Assembly (NCBI GenBank): GCA_964448725.1
Contig: CAYVAJ010000007.1
Location: 1-58,531 of the forward strand
Direction: 5' to 3'
DNA from: an uncultured Gammaproteobacteria bacterium
Lineage (GTDB): Bacteria; Patescibacteriota; Microgenomatia; Levybacterales; GWA1-39-11
Length of the DNA: 58,531 nucleotides
The notes under the pieces were generated by a model. The model saw only the letters and a list, made by a program, of their open reading frames with translations, was not told where the DNA came from and did not search any database. Position numbers and translations under genes: made by a program. Below are positions 29,814 to 40,638 of the stretch, piece after piece. Numbering within the stretch: the stretch's first letter is position 1; each line of letters starts with the position of its first letter.

Positions 29814-31178
29814 TCATGCGACTTGTCCAAGTCGTTCGCCTTCAGTTTGTTCGAAAGCTCCGACTAAGAGGTACGCGCCTGCTACACCCATCGCAACACA
29901 GAAAACAGCCACCATTACAACGACAAGCCAGACAAGCGTTGAAATCTCCGGCCAGAGCCGATACGATTCGATGGTGTCGGCATACGCAGAACTGGTTTCA
30001 CTTATGTTGCGTATTGCTTGTTCTGAGTCAGCTGTTGTCTGCTCGAGCAGATCAAAGGTCTTGGTCCCGGACACGACAAGATCCGCAGATGTTTGATCTA
30101 GCTGAGTGTTTACGGATTGAAGGTTCTCCCGCTGAATAGTCAGATCTTGGATGATCTCGACACGTTGTGTGTCTACGACTTCCAAGAAATCCCCTCCAAT
30201 TGTGATAAATTCATCGCCTGAATCAAGAGCGGTGTCAATCGTATTGACATTTTCGCCCAGATCAGCGACAAATAGCGTATCTGAGGCATCGACTCCATCA
30301 AGTATATCCTGAAGTATCAGGAGCATGGAGAAGTTGATTTCGCTAAATCCTTCCTGATCACTCCAATCTGCAAAGTCATGCAGAAGACCTGGCAAATCTT
30401 CCAGGTATGGTGCAGTACTTCCAGATAATTGGCGATCAAGATCGTCTGCGAGTCCTCGAAGGTCATCGGTTGTCACGATAACGCTTTCTGAGAAAACGAT
30501 ATCGTAGCCTTCTTCCCTTGCCAAGTCAGCCAGATCCCGTACAACCTGTGAACCAGAGACTCCTTCAGGCCAATCATTTTGTGCCTCAAGGTACTTAACC
30601 TCTGACGCAATGGTGTACAAGTCGTCTGAAGTAAAGAGTCTTTGCCCCTCTGAGCGGTCAACCCTGTCTTGCCATTCATTGATGACAAGCCGTGCGTCAG
30701 CACTCATGCTGCTCATTTCTGCAGCATAGTCAGAGTGAGATGCCGTGACAGTACGTGCTTCAGCAATGACTGCTTGAGCATCGGAGAAGATGTTTGATCC
30801 TGTGTTCAGGATGGGTGGAACATCTTCATCTATGAGGGTTTGTGTTCTCTCGAGAGAAACGTCAAGATCTGTGATGATCTTCTGACTTGTACTGACTCCT
30901 TCTGGCAAGTCAGTGAGTAGTATTGTGCGGAACTCCTGTAGGGGCTCATTTGATTGATTCACATCATCAGCGATCTTATCCAAGTCGCTTGCTGATACTC
31001 TAAGTCCTTCTGCGGCCTCTACTTGGAGAGGAGTCATCGCAGAGTCAAGGCTCCCTTCGATGATTGAAGGGAGAAATAACGATGAGATAAGTCCTACCAG
31101 ACCTGCAACAAACAGGAGAACTCCCATAGCTGCCCTGAAAGAATGCCAACGCCCAGATCGAAGTCTAAATCGATTCAC
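29814..31178 (-). CDS. G+C-rich, very acidic protein with N- and C-terminal TM helices (orphan)
   Basis: GTG start. TM1 AAMGVLLFVAGLVGLISSLFLPSII, TM2 STLVWLVVVMVAVFCVAMGVAGAYLLVGAF, with about 370 Asp/Glu-rich residues between them. Line 30421-30480 counts 30/60 G+C. Confidence 0.55.
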   Translation of the reverse strand: MNRFRLRSGRWHSFRAAMGVLLFVAGLVGLISSLFLPSIIEGSLDSAMTPLQVEAAEGLRVSASDLDKIADDVNQSNEPLQEFRTILLTDLPEGVSTSQKIITDLDVSLERTQTLIDEDVPPILNTGSNIFSDAQAVIAEARTVTASHSDYAAEMSSMSADARLVINEWQDRVDRSEGQRLFTSDDLYTIASEVKYLEAQNDWPEGVSGSQVVRDLADLAREEGYDIVFSESVIVTTDDLRGLADDLDRQLSGSTAPYLEDLPGLLHDFADWSDQEGFSEINFSMLLILQDILDGVDASDTLFVADLGENVNTIDTALDSGDEFITIGGDFLEVVDTQRVEIIQDLTIQRENLQSVNTQLDQTSADLVVSGTKTFDLLEQTTADSEQAIRNISETSSAYADTIESYRLWPEISTLVWLVVVMVAVFCVAMGVAGAYLLVGAFEQTEGERLGQVA

Positions 31179-31361
31179 CTTACTAACCTTTCTGGTTACA
31201 TGAAGACAACACCGAAAGCTTAATACCCTCCATTCTATTAATGTGCAATGCGGAGAGACATCCGCAGTGTGTTAAGAGCAGGAGCTACTACATAATAAAG
31301 CATATTGGTTGTTTTTCCAAATCTTGAATGTACTAAGCATAGTAATGTATCATTCTTGTGT

Positions 31362-31389
31362 TTGAACAAGATGATATATATGATATAAT
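31362..31389 (+). promoter_or_regulatory. promoter TTGAAC-16-TGaTATAAT for the tRNA cluster
   Basis: TTGAAC 31362-31367, extended -10 31381-31389, tRNA-Val starts at 31423. Confidence 0.6.
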
Positions 31390-31422
31390 TTGCAGGCTAG
31401 AAAGATTTTGATAGTCTAATTT

Positions 31423-31497
31423 GGGCGCTTAGCTCAGCTGGTTTAGAGCGCCTCGTTTACACCGAGGAGGTCAGGGGTTCGAATCCCTTAGCGCCCA
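31423..31497 (+). tRNA. tRNA-Val (TAC)
   Basis: GGGCGCT acceptor, anticodon arm CCTCG-TTTACAC-CGAGG, T-loop TTCGAAT. Confidence 0.85.
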
Positions 31498-31571
31498 CAA
31501 ATTAGTTATTGGTTTATGGTAAATAGTAAGAAGTAAATGAACCTTGAACTAATAAGTAAGTAGTATAAAAT

Positions 31572-31634
31572 GCCAAGGTGGTCAAGGCGACCCGATGAAC
31601 ATCGGGGTTGTCCGGTAATCCGGATACGCTTGCA
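31572..31634 (+). pseudogene. degenerate copy of tRNA-Phe
   Basis: Shares GCCAAGGTGGTCAAGGCG and the 3' flank CTTG(G)CACAATAA with the intact gene. The anticodon arm is replaced by CCCGATGAACATCGGGG, the T-arm by TCCGG-TAAT-CCGGA, and the acceptor is incomplete. Confidence 0.5.
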
Positions 31635-31652
31635 CAATAAGGCTTTAAATTT

Positions 31653-31725
31653 GCCAAGATAGCCAAGGTGGTCAAGGCGCCTGTCTGAAGAACAGGTTAT
31701 CCGGGTTCGACTCCTGGTCTTGGCA
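31653..31725 (+). tRNA. tRNA-Phe (GAA)
   Basis: Acceptor GCCAAGA/TCTTGGC, anticodon arm CCTGT-CTGAAGA-ACAGG. Confidence 0.8.
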
Positions 31726-31954
31726 CAATAATAAAAGCTTAGATCTGAGAGTGTAAATCTGAGAGCTAAGCACAAAATGATGTAATTCACGGAAAAAAAC
31801 GTTAGTTTGTCTTCGAATATAAATACCGTAGTGTTGAAGGTATAAGAAGTGTACAGCGTAGTTGCCCGTCACATAAGACTTACTAAATAATGCAACACTA
31901 CGAAACAATAGAGGAAAAGTTCCTCGAAGAAAAACGTTAGTTTGTCTTCGAAAT

Positions 31955-32029
<75 letters not shown>

Positions 32030-32034
32030 CGAAA

Positions 32035-32075
32035 GGAGAAGGTCGTCCCGATGCAAATCGGGGTTCACCGCTCCA
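32035..32075 (+). repeat. echo of the 3' half of tRNA-Gly with substituted hairpin
   Basis: GGAGAAGGTCGTC + CCCGATGCAAATCGGGG + TTCACCGCTCCA. The first and last blocks repeat 31992-32004 and 32018-32029. Confidence 0.7.
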
Positions 32076-32147
32076 CATTTCTACTTTACTCTCTTCATAC
32101 CCATATCTTGCAATCATTTCATTTTTTGTGTTTACTATATTCAAGAT

Positions 32148-32591
32148 ATGCAAATTCAAAGCGTGATGTTTTCAGACAATGAATTTATTCCCATGCAATA
32201 CACATGTGAAGGAGAAGATATTATTCCTCCTCTACTCTTTCTAGATGTTCCACAGGACGCGAAAAGCCTGGTTGTAATCGTTGATGATCCTGATGCAGCA
32301 GTTGGGCTGTGGACACATTGGGTTGTTTTTAATATTCCTCCTGATACTCATGAATTTAGTGAAGGAGAAATTCCACCTGGTACACAGGGACTTTCAAGTT
32401 ATAAAAAACCTGAATGGAGAGGACCATGTCCTTCTAATGATACAGTCCATCATTATAGATTTAAGCTCTTTGCACTCGATACAATGCTTGATTTAGATGA
32501 AAATGCAACACGTGAGGAGATTGAGACTGCGATGAGTACCCACGTGATTGAGGAAGCAGAGCTTACTGGCTTGTATCAGAAAACAAAGTAG
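32148..32591 (+). CDS. YbhB/YbcL-family PEBP (Raf-kinase-inhibitor-like) protein
   Basis: DDPDA...WTHWVVFNIP...HHYRFKLFALD signature. Confidence 0.8.
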   Translation: MQIQSVMFSDNEFIPMQYTCEGEDIIPPLLFLDVPQDAKSLVVIVDDPDAAVGLWTHWVVFNIPPDTHEFSEGEIPPGTQGLSSYKKPEWRGPCPSNDTVHHYRFKLFALDTMLDLDENATREEIETAMSTHVIEEAELTGLYQKTK

Positions 32592-32807
32592 ATTTATTGA
32601 TTAACAAGTGTACTATTCTCTATGATCCATTCACTAATATCCAAAAACATATTCATCCTTGCTTGGCATTCTTACATTCATTTGATATATTCTATCTAGT
32701 CAATTCTTCTCTCTCTCCTACCCCAGAATTGTAAGAAAACCATCCAAAATTTACATAATCCTTACCCTTTTTTATCTGGAAATTAATATTGATACAGTTT
32801 GACATAG

Positions 32808-32836
32808 TTGACTCCTCATTTTGTACATGGTATAAA
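32808..32836 (+). promoter_or_regulatory. promoter TTGACT-17-TATAAA
   Basis: About 100 nt upstream of the GH18 gene. Confidence 0.5.
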
Positions 32837-32938
32837 CTCTCTGTTTGAATAAATCAAATAGCGAAGCAAGCAAAAAAGATTGACAATTCAAGCCAAATCG
32901 AATTTATCTCACCCTGTTAATACTATTTTTGCTAAGGA

Positions 32939-34213
32939 TTGGTGAATACTATTTTTAATACACATAACACACAAATAAATCGCAATAAGCGCCTGACTCT
33001 TTTAACGATTACGGTAACATTTCTTATATTTATTCTTAACACCGTATTCAATGGAAATTTCAATATTATTTCTCCGCTTGCACAAGGATCTGGTGAGCTT
33101 GAACCATTAAAAGAAGGTAAGTCACAAAAAGAAGTTTTTGGATTTGCACCTTATTGGACTATTAATCGACTCGATAATGTTGATTTCAATGTCCTCACTA
33201 CTTTTGCATATTTTGGTATTCCTGTCGGGGGTGACGGAAACCTTGATACTTCCTATCAGGGGTACAACACATTTCATAGCGAAACTGCAACAGAACTTTT
33301 CAAAAAAGCACATCGACATGGTACTCGGGTAGTACTAACGATAACTCAAATGAATAATAGCGAGATTAAAGCACTTATGGATGATCCTGTGGCACAAGAC
33401 AGGTCAATTGCACAGACAGTCACATTAGTCAAAAATCGCGGTATTGACGGAGTAAATATCGACATTGAATATACTGGTAATCCAGGTGCTTCGTATCGTG
33501 CAAAATTTAGTGAGTATGTACGTAAAATGAGCAATGCAATGCACGCAGCTGTACCCCAATCTAAAGTAACTGTATCAGTATATGCATCTGCAGTAAAAGA
33601 ACCAAAGATTTATGATATTGCAGCGATGGGTGAATATACGGATGGAGTATTTATGATGGCCTATGATTTTGCGGTTGCTTCTTCAGATCATGCAATCCCT
33701 ACTGCTCCACTCTATGGACATAAGCAAGGCAAATATTGGTATGACGTCTCAACTGCAGTAGAAGATTTCCTTAACTACATGCCTGCTGAGAAGCTTATTT
33801 TAGGAGTACCATGGTATGGATATAACTACAATGTGAGCTCTCCAACAGTAAAAGCAAAAACAGGATATGGAAGAGGATTTGCGCAAACCTATTCATTAGT
33901 GGAAGAACATGTGAGTCAAGAGATGCCAGGAATTTATGAATATGCAACAGGATGGGATGAAGCTGGACAAGTCGGGTGGAAAGCGTATTATTCAGCAGCG
34001 AGCGGTACATGGCGAATGGTATTTATCGATGATGTAAGATCGCTTGATATTAAGTTTGAATATGCAAAACAGAAGAACCTCGGCGGTGTGGGTATGTGGG
34101 CACTTGGATTTGATGACGGAAAAGACGATTTCTGGGCACTGCTTGATCGTAAATTCGGTGCAAAATATGCTGATGCTCATATTGTTAACAAGCAGATTAA
34201 TGAAAATATGTAA
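32939..34213 (+). CDS. glycoside hydrolase family 18 (chitinase-like) secreted protein
   Basis: DGVNIDIEY catalytic DxxDxDxE motif. N-terminal TM/signal. Start codon uncertain (TTG/GTG). Confidence 0.75.
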   Translation: MVNTIFNTHNTQINRNKRLTLLTITVTFLIFILNTVFNGNFNIISPLAQGSGELEPLKEGKSQKEVFGFAPYWTINRLDNVDFNVLTTFAYFGIPVGGDGNLDTSYQGYNTFHSETATELFKKAHRHGTRVVLTITQMNNSEIKALMDDPVAQDRSIAQTVTLVKNRGIDGVNIDIEYTGNPGASYRAKFSEYVRKMSNAMHAAVPQSKVTVSVYASAVKEPKIYDIAAMGEYTDGVFMMAYDFAVASSDHAIPTAPLYGHKQGKYWYDVSTAVEDFLNYMPAEKLILGVPWYGYNYNVSSPTVKAKTGYGRGFAQTYSLVEEHVSQEMPGIYEYATGWDEAGQVGWKAYYSAASGTWRMVFIDDVRSLDIKFEYAKQKNLGGVGMWALGFDDGKDDFWALLDRKFGAKYADAHIVNKQINENM

Positions 34214-34214
34214 T

Positions 34215-35285
34215 ATGAAAAACCTAAATATACAATCATTACTAGACCAACTGAAGAACATTAATTTCGATACCTTTAATCGCCGTCCGTTTTGGATTGC
34301 ACTCATCGGAGGATTTGCGATGGCATTTTTTCAGAATACAGGTATTGCAGCTGATTTTATTTCACCGTTTGCAGATGACAAAACAGTAGTTGAAGCAGCA
34401 GATCCTATCACGCCAAAACTTCAGGCAAAAGAAAATACAATTACTCTTTCCAGAAAAATTGGGACCACACAGCCAGAAGTAGATGCTCGCGCATATATTG
34501 TAGTAGATATGGACACACATGAAATTATTGCAGAAAAAAAATCAGAAGTACCAACGCCTGTTGCCTCCCTTACAAAAGTACTCTCAGCAGTAGTAGCACT
34601 AGATTTAGCTGATGTCACAGAACGATTTACTGTCTCAGAGCATGCGGCCAGTATTATTCCAACTAAAATTGGAGTTGTACCTGGTGAAGAAATGACGCTT
34701 TCAGAGTTAATACAGGCAATGCTGCTTACCTCAGCAAATGATGCAACAGAAGTCATCAAAGAAGGGATTAATACTAAATATAACGAAGATATATTTATTC
34801 ATGCGATGAATACAAAAGCACGGTTTATTGGTATGAACAATAGTCATTTTGTAAATCCGCAAGGATTTGATAATCGGGAACATTATTCAAGTGCGTATGA
34901 TCTTGCACTTCTTTCGCTCTATGCAATACAAAATTATCCAGAAATAAAAGAAGTAGCACAACAAGATTATGCTTTTTTGCCAAAAAATGATTCACATAAG
35001 CAATTTGATTTATATAACTGGAACGGACTCATAGGCGTATACCCTAATACATTCGGCCTAAAAACTGGTATGACAGAACGCGCAGGCAATACAACTATTG
35101 TGATGGCAGAACGAGACGGTAAAAAGATGCTAGCAGTACTGCTTGGAGCATCGTCAATTATTGATCGTGATCTGCAAGCAGCTGCTCTTTTGAATGCTGG
35201 TTTTGCGTCTGCTGCAATAACACCATTTGCAGTTGACGAAACAATGTTACAAAAGCGGTATGGGAGGTGGGAGTTCTGGAATTAA
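34215..35285 (+). CDS. D-alanyl-D-alanine carboxypeptidase (S11, PBP5-like)
   Basis: Start at ATG 34215, 1 nt after the GH18 stop. ASLTK (SxxK), SANDA (SxN), KTGMT (KTG). Confidence 0.8.
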   Translation: MKNLNIQSLLDQLKNINFDTFNRRPFWIALIGGFAMAFFQNTGIAADFISPFADDKTVVEAADPITPKLQAKENTITLSRKIGTTQPEVDARAYIVVDMDTHEIIAEKKSEVPTPVASLTKVLSAVVALDLADVTERFTVSEHAASIIPTKIGVVPGEEMTLSELIQAMLLTSANDATEVIKEGINTKYNEDIFIHAMNTKARFIGMNNSHFVNPQGFDNREHYSSAYDLALLSLYAIQNYPEIKEVAQQDYAFLPKNDSHKQFDLYNWNGLIGVYPNTFGLKTGMTERAGNTTIVMAERDGKKMLAVLLGASSIIDRDLQAAALLNAGFASAAITPFAVDETMLQKRYGRWEFWN

Positions 35286-35494
35286 AAAATATTATTCGTG
35301 TTATTGCAGGAATTTTGGAGCGACTATTCCCAAAGCCTACTCCGGCATATGCACGAGTTAGAAATACTGCGTAATGTTAGTTAATAATATAGCAGAATAA
35401 TTCCTTTCTGTAATCCTATTTTTAATACACGTTCACTAACACTTATTTGTCTAATTCTTACACAATATTGTGATCTCCATAAATAATTCTTACT

Positions 35495-37636
35495 ATGCTT
35501 ATTGATATGAAGAAGTTTTTATTTACAAATAAAGCAAATATCGTAATACTTTTATTTGCAATTCTTGGATTTTTTATATTTTCATCTCTATTTACCTATC
35601 TGTACTTTGCGAAAGATCTGAAGAGTAAAGAATCAATCATGAACCGTAATAATACCGGTATTATTCTAACTGATCGCAATGATGTGCCATTTTTTACTTT
35701 TTATTCTGCGCATAAAAAAACATTTGTGCCATTAGCCCAAATTCCTGATTCTGTAAAAAATGGGTTAATCGCAGCAGAAGATAAAGATTTCTATACTCAT
35801 CCGGGTTTTTCAGTTGAAGGAATTGTCCGTGCTATTTTCCGCAATGTATCAGAACAGGATGTTGTTGCTGGTGGGTCAACCATTACTCAACAGTTAGTAA
35901 AAAATTCACTTTTGACTCCACAGCGAAATTTCTTGCGAAAATTTCAAGAAGTAGTACTTGCTCAAGAAATAGAGAGAAGATATACAAAAGATGAAATTTT
36001 AGAAATGTATCTTAACTCTGTCTATTTTGGTAATGGTGCATTTGGTATTGAGGAGGCAGCACAACGCTATTTTGGTAAATCAGCAGCAGAGTTGACGCTC
36101 GCTCAAAGCAGTATGTTAATTGGAATATTGCCTGCACCGTCTGCATACTCTCCTCTTAATGGAGATAACAAAGCTTCGAAAGTACGACAGAAATATGTGC
36201 TCACACAGATGGTTGAACTCAGGGTGATTTCTGAAAAACAAAAGGAAGAAGCATATAAAGAAAAGCTCGTGTATGCAAAAGCATCTGATGATATTAACAA
36301 TACTGCTCCTCATTTTGCAATAATGGTACGGGATAAATTGATTGATACCTATGGAGAAGAAAATATTATTCGTTCAGGGTATAAAGTAAAAACAACTCTT
36401 GATTTGGAGATGCAGCAATTTGCAGAAACAGTAGTAGCTCAAGAAGTTGAAAAATTGGCAGAAAATAATGTATCAAATGGTGCAGCTGTTGTAGTTGATC
36501 CAAAGACAGGCGAGATATTGTCACTTGTGGGAAGCAATAATTGGTTTAACGAAGAATACGGACGGGTAAATGTTGCGACACAAACTCGCCAGCCAGGATC
36601 TGCTTTTAAGCCAATTGTCTATGCAATTGCGTTGGAAGAACAAAAAATAACTCCTGCAACAGTACTGCATGATAAGCCAACAACATTTGCGAATAATTAC
36701 CGACCACAAAATTATGATAGGCATTTTCGTGGTAATGTGCTTGTCAGACGTGCGCTTGCAAATTCATTGAATGTACCAGCAGTTGAAGTTATGACAATGC
36801 TTGATCTGGAGCATGTATTGCAGCGTGCCAAAGATTTTGGTATTACGACTCTTGGTAAACCAGTAAATTATGGTCCTTCACTCGTTCTGGGAACAGGTGA
36901 GGTAAAGCTTACAGAAATGACTCAAGTGTATGCTATGTTTGCCAATAACGGCAAACGAAATGAAGTAACAGCAATTCAATCGATTATTGATAAAGTTGGA
37001 AAACCAATCTATACGTATACACCAAAAAATGAACAGGTACTCAGTCCACAGGTCTCCTTTCTTATCTCCTCTATTCTTTCCGATAACAATGTGCGTGCTG
37101 AAGTTTTTGGAAACTCATTGACGATTTCGAGAACCGCAGCAGTTAAGACCGGTACAACTGAAAATTATCGTGATGCATGGACAATCGGATATACACCACA
37201 GCTAGCAGTCGGAGTATGGGTAGGAAACAACGATGGTGCTTCTATGGATCAGATTGCCGGAAGTCTTGGTGCTGCTCCGATCTGGAGGAGACTTATGGAA
37301 GAGTACCATCGGGAAAAACCAGAGCTTGCTTTTGAACCGCCTGCAGATGTTGTTGCCCTATCTGTGTGTTCGTATAATGGATTACTCGCCCGATCTGATA
37401 GTACAGGATCAACTGAGTATTTTCTTGCAGGGACACAACCTACACGTAGATGTAATCCACCTCGTGTTAGAGAAGAGGATCAAGACTCTCCTGATAATCA
37501 GGATTATTCCTTTGATAATGAGAATATCTCAGAAGAGCTCAAACGGCACAGAGAGGTAGTACGTGAGGAGCTGAGAAAAAGAAGGGAATCAATACGTGAG
37601 CAGATATTTAGAAATAGAATAGATAATAATGATTAA
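35495..37636 (+). CDS. second class A penicillin-binding protein
   Basis: EDKDFYTHPGF GT51 motif, SAFKP, KTGTT, charged C-terminal tail. Confidence 0.85.
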   Translation: MLIDMKKFLFTNKANIVILLFAILGFFIFSSLFTYLYFAKDLKSKESIMNRNNTGIILTDRNDVPFFTFYSAHKKTFVPLAQIPDSVKNGLIAAEDKDFYTHPGFSVEGIVRAIFRNVSEQDVVAGGSTITQQLVKNSLLTPQRNFLRKFQEVVLAQEIERRYTKDEILEMYLNSVYFGNGAFGIEEAAQRYFGKSAAELTLAQSSMLIGILPAPSAYSPLNGDNKASKVRQKYVLTQMVELRVISEKQKEEAYKEKLVYAKASDDINNTAPHFAIMVRDKLIDTYGEENIIRSGYKVKTTLDLEMQQFAETVVAQEVEKLAENNVSNGAAVVVDPKTGEILSLVGSNNWFNEEYGRVNVATQTRQPGSAFKPIVYAIALEEQKITPATVLHDKPTTFANNYRPQNYDRHFRGNVLVRRALANSLNVPAVEVMTMLDLEHVLQRAKDFGITTLGKPVNYGPSLVLGTGEVKLTEMTQVYAMFANNGKRNEVTAIQSIIDKVGKPIYTYTPKNEQVLSPQVSFLISSILSDNNVRAEVFGNSLTISRTAAVKTGTTENYRDAWTIGYTPQLAVGVWVGNNDGASMDQIAGSLGAAPIWRRLMEEYHREKPELAFEPPADVVALSVCSYNGLLARSDSTGSTEYFLAGTQPTRRCNPPRVREEDQDSPDNQDYSFDNENISEELKRHREVVREELRKRRESIREQIFRNRIDNND

Positions 37637-38952
37637 CGCTTCTTTCTTTTTTTTGGTACAGAGATTTTTACCTGTTCAATTCTCCTTTTATCCATTGAAA
37701 TAATTTCAATAGTCAGGTCACCAATTTGTACAATATCGCCAGTAACTGGTTGATGACCAAGCAGTCCAAATACAAGCCCTCCAATAGTAGTATATCCTTG
37801 ACCTTGTATAGGGATATGGAGATATTTTTTAACACGATCAATCGGGGTGAGTCCATCGATAATAAAACTGCCATTATCTTGTTTTTGAATATCGTGAATA
37901 GGTTGCTCGAATTCATCATGAATTTCGCCAACTAAACTCTCAATAATGTCCTCAAGTGTTGCCATGCCTGCTGTGCCGCCAAATTCATCATTGATGATTG
38001 TGATATGAATTCTTTGTTTACGCATATCAAGTAACACATCATCAATTCTTTTGCTTTCTGGAACAGATATAATTTCCCGAATAATTTTTGTCTCTGATAA
38101 CTTTGTTTTCCCGCCGTTTTTTAGTAAGGCTTTATAAACATCTTTTATATGAACAAATCCAACTATGGTATCCATGCTATGTTCATAAACTGGAAATCTG
38201 CTATGAGGATGTCTTTCTATTTTTTTAATAATTTTTTCAAGAGTAGTTGCAATATTGAATGCCAGCATCTCTGTTCTGGGTACCATAATTTGCCGTACAG
38301 GAATATCTCCAAGGCCAAATACGCTATATACCATCTCGGCTTCTTTTGATGCAATTGCTCCACTCGCAGCACTTTGAGAGAGAATCATTTTTATTTCTTC
38401 TTCAGAATGTACTAAATGATGACCGTCAGGTGCATGCATTCCAATAATTCTGAGTACTAAATTACCAGCACCGTTGAGAACCCAAATAAATGGTTTAAAC
38501 ACACGAGTGAAGAGACGAAGCGGTGTGATAATTGCAAGTGATGTTTTTTCAGATCGCTGGAGGGCAATAGTTTTGGGTGCTAACTCTCCGAGAACAATAT
38601 GCAAGAAAGTAATGATGGTAAACGCGATTGCAACAGAGAGCGTATGTGCAGTAATAATCTGCATAGTATGTGGAAGAAATGTAAATAAAGGTTCAATAAA
38701 ACGTGCTATAGCTGGTTCACCAACCCACCCAAGTGCGAGACTCGCAAGTGTGATTCCCAGCTGTGTAGCTGAGATATAACTATCGAGATCATCGAGTGAT
38801 TTTTTTACCAACTTTGCTGAATTACTGCCTTTTTTTGCTAATTCGTTTATGCGAGTTTTTCGTACGCCGACTAACGCGAACTCTGATGCGACAAAAAATC
38901 CATTGAGAAGAACAAGAAAAATCACAAGAAGTAGTGATAGAATTATTTCCAT
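37633..38952 (-). CDS. CNNM/HlyC/CorC-family membrane protein (DUF21-CBS-CorC)
   Basis: N-terminal 4-TM DUF21, CBS pair, C-terminal CorC_HlyC-like region. Confidence 0.85.
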   Translation of the reverse strand: MEIILSLLLVIFLVLLNGFFVASEFALVGVRKTRINELAKKGSNSAKLVKKSLDDLDSYISATQLGITLASLALGWVGEPAIARFIEPLFTFLPHTMQIITAHTLSVAIAFTIITFLHIVLGELAPKTIALQRSEKTSLAIITPLRLFTRVFKPFIWVLNGAGNLVLRIIGMHAPDGHHLVHSEEEIKMILSQSAASGAIASKEAEMVYSVFGLGDIPVRQIMVPRTEMLAFNIATTLEKIIKKIERHPHSRFPVYEHSMDTIVGFVHIKDVYKALLKNGGKTKLSETKIIREIISVPESKRIDDVLLDMRKQRIHITIINDEFGGTAGMATLEDIIESLVGEIHDEFEQPIHDIQKQDNGSFIIDGLTPIDRVKKYLHIPIQGQGYTTIGGLVFGLLGHQPVTGDIVQIGDLTIEIISMDKRRIEQVKISVPKKRKKR

Positions 38953-39066
38953 GGTGTTGATTATAGCATGACCACTTTAAACCTGCTGTTATACAGATAT
39001 ATTCATCAAATTATTACACTCTCTTAACTGCTCATACACAATAAAATTTTAGAATCTTAAACGTAT

Positions 39067-40638
39067 ATGTTAGATGTTATAATACCGTTTGGTCCTGTGC
39101 GTGAAGTCGAAAAAGGAAAAGGATTTTTCTATAAAGGTATTGAATATATACACCATGCACAGTTGTTCTATAGTGAAATGGCATTTTTTAGGGTCTCACA
39201 TGGACAACACTTACTGATTGCTCTGATTGTTTTTCTGTTAAGTGTTGGATTTGTTACTAACTGGCACATAACTATTTCCATTTTTGTTGCAGTTTTGATG
39301 GTGCTTTATTTCGCTGATTTATTATTTAATTTATTTTTAATATTTCGCAGCTTTTTTAAGGCTCCAGAGATTAAAATCCCAGACTATATAGTTCGGCAGG
39401 TGCCTGATACATATTGGCCTCAATATACTATTTTTTGTCCGTTATATAAAGAATGGAAAGTTCTTGGACAATTTATTGAGGCGATGCAAAAGCTTGATTA
39501 CCCAAAGGATCGACTGCAAATTCTGTTACTTTTGGAGGAAGATGATGTACTGACTATTGAGCAAGTAGGAAATTATCAGTTGCCATCTTATTTCAAGGTG
39601 ATTATTGTTCCGAAATCTCTTCCTCGAACAAAACCAAAAGCACTTAATTATGGATTACGGTTCGCATCAGGAGAATATGTAGTTGTGTATGATGCGGAAG
39701 ATATACCTGATGAGGATCAGTTAAAAAAAGTAGTGATTGCATTTGATAAGTCAGATAAGAAAATAAAATGCATACAGGCAAAACTTAATTTTTATAATCC
39801 TCACCAAAATCTTCTTACCAGAATTTTTACTGCAGAATACTCACTATGGTTTGATCTTGTACTTACTGGGCTACAGTCTATTCACGCACCAATCCCGTTG
39901 GGTGGAACATCAAATCATTTCCGTGTACGTGATCTCGCTGATCTCAAAGGATGGGATCCTTTTAATGTCACAGAGGATTGTGATTTGGGTATGCGGCTTG
40001 TCAAACGAGGATATAATACCGCAATAGTTGACTCTACTACACAAGAAGAGGCAAATAGCAGTCTTTCTAACTGGTTCTGGCAACGGACACGTTGGATTAA
40101 AGGATATATTCAGACATATCTTGTCCATATGCGAAAGCCAAAAGAATTTATCCGCGATTGGAAGCACCCTGATATTGTGACATTTCAATTAGTGGTGGGA
40201 GGAAAAGTATTATCCATGCTTATTAATCCAATTATGTGGATAATTACCATTTCATACTTTTTGTTCCGTCCAGTCGTTGGCGATTTTATTGATACGTTCT
40301 TTCCGCCAGTTGTGTTATACATGGGGGTGTTTTCACTCGTTGCTGGGAATTTCCTGTACCTCTATTACTACATGATCGGCTGTTCGAAAAGAGGATACAA
40401 TGATATTGTAAAGTACGTATTATTTGTTCCAGTATATTGGCTTGCAATGAGTGTGGCTGCCTGCACTGCTATATACATGCTTGTTCGGAATCCACATTTT
40501 TGGTCAAAAACAAAACATGGGTTACATCTGAAACGCCGCTCTGTACCTAGTGCCTCTCAAATAGTTGATCGTGCTTTTACTGGTTTTGTACCTTCAATAC
40601 ATTCATTGATAAAACCCATCAGTTTTACTGATCTATGA
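39067..40638 (+). CDS. processive family-2 glycosyltransferase (cellulose/chitin-synthase-like)
   Basis: YDAEDIPD, TEDCDLG, QRTRWIKG (QxxRW), flanking TM helices. Confidence 0.75.
   Translation: MLDVIIPFGPVREVEKGKGFFYKGIEYIHHAQLFYSEMAFFRVSHGQHLLIALIVFLLSVGFVTNWHITISIFVAVLMVLYFADLLFNLFLIFRSFFKAPEIKIPDYIVRQVPDTYWPQYTIFCPLYKEWKVLGQFIEAMQKLDYPKDRLQILLLLEEDDVLTIEQVGNYQLPSYFKVIIVPKSLPRTKPKALNYGLRFASGEYVVVYDAEDIPDEDQLKKVVIAFDKSDKKIKCIQAKLNFYNPHQNLLTRIFTAEYSLWFDLVLTGLQSIHAPIPLGGTSNHFRVRDLADLKGWDPFNVTEDCDLGMRLVKRGYNTAIVDSTTQEEANSSLSNWFWQRTRWIKGYIQTYLVHMRKPKEFIRDWKHPDIVTFQLVVGGKVLSMLINPIMWIITISYFLFRPVVGDFIDTFFPPVVLYMGVFSLVAGNFLYLYYYMIGCSKRGYNDIVKYVLFVPVYWLAMSVAACTAIYMLVRNPHFWSKTKHGLHLKRRSVPSASQIVDRAFTGFVPSIHSLIKPISFTDL

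Noticed and set aside
29749-30139. Plus-strand ORFs antisense to the acidic membrane protein gene.
   Set aside because: Same reason: they are shorter, have no signals, and lie inside a long well-supported minus-strand ORF.
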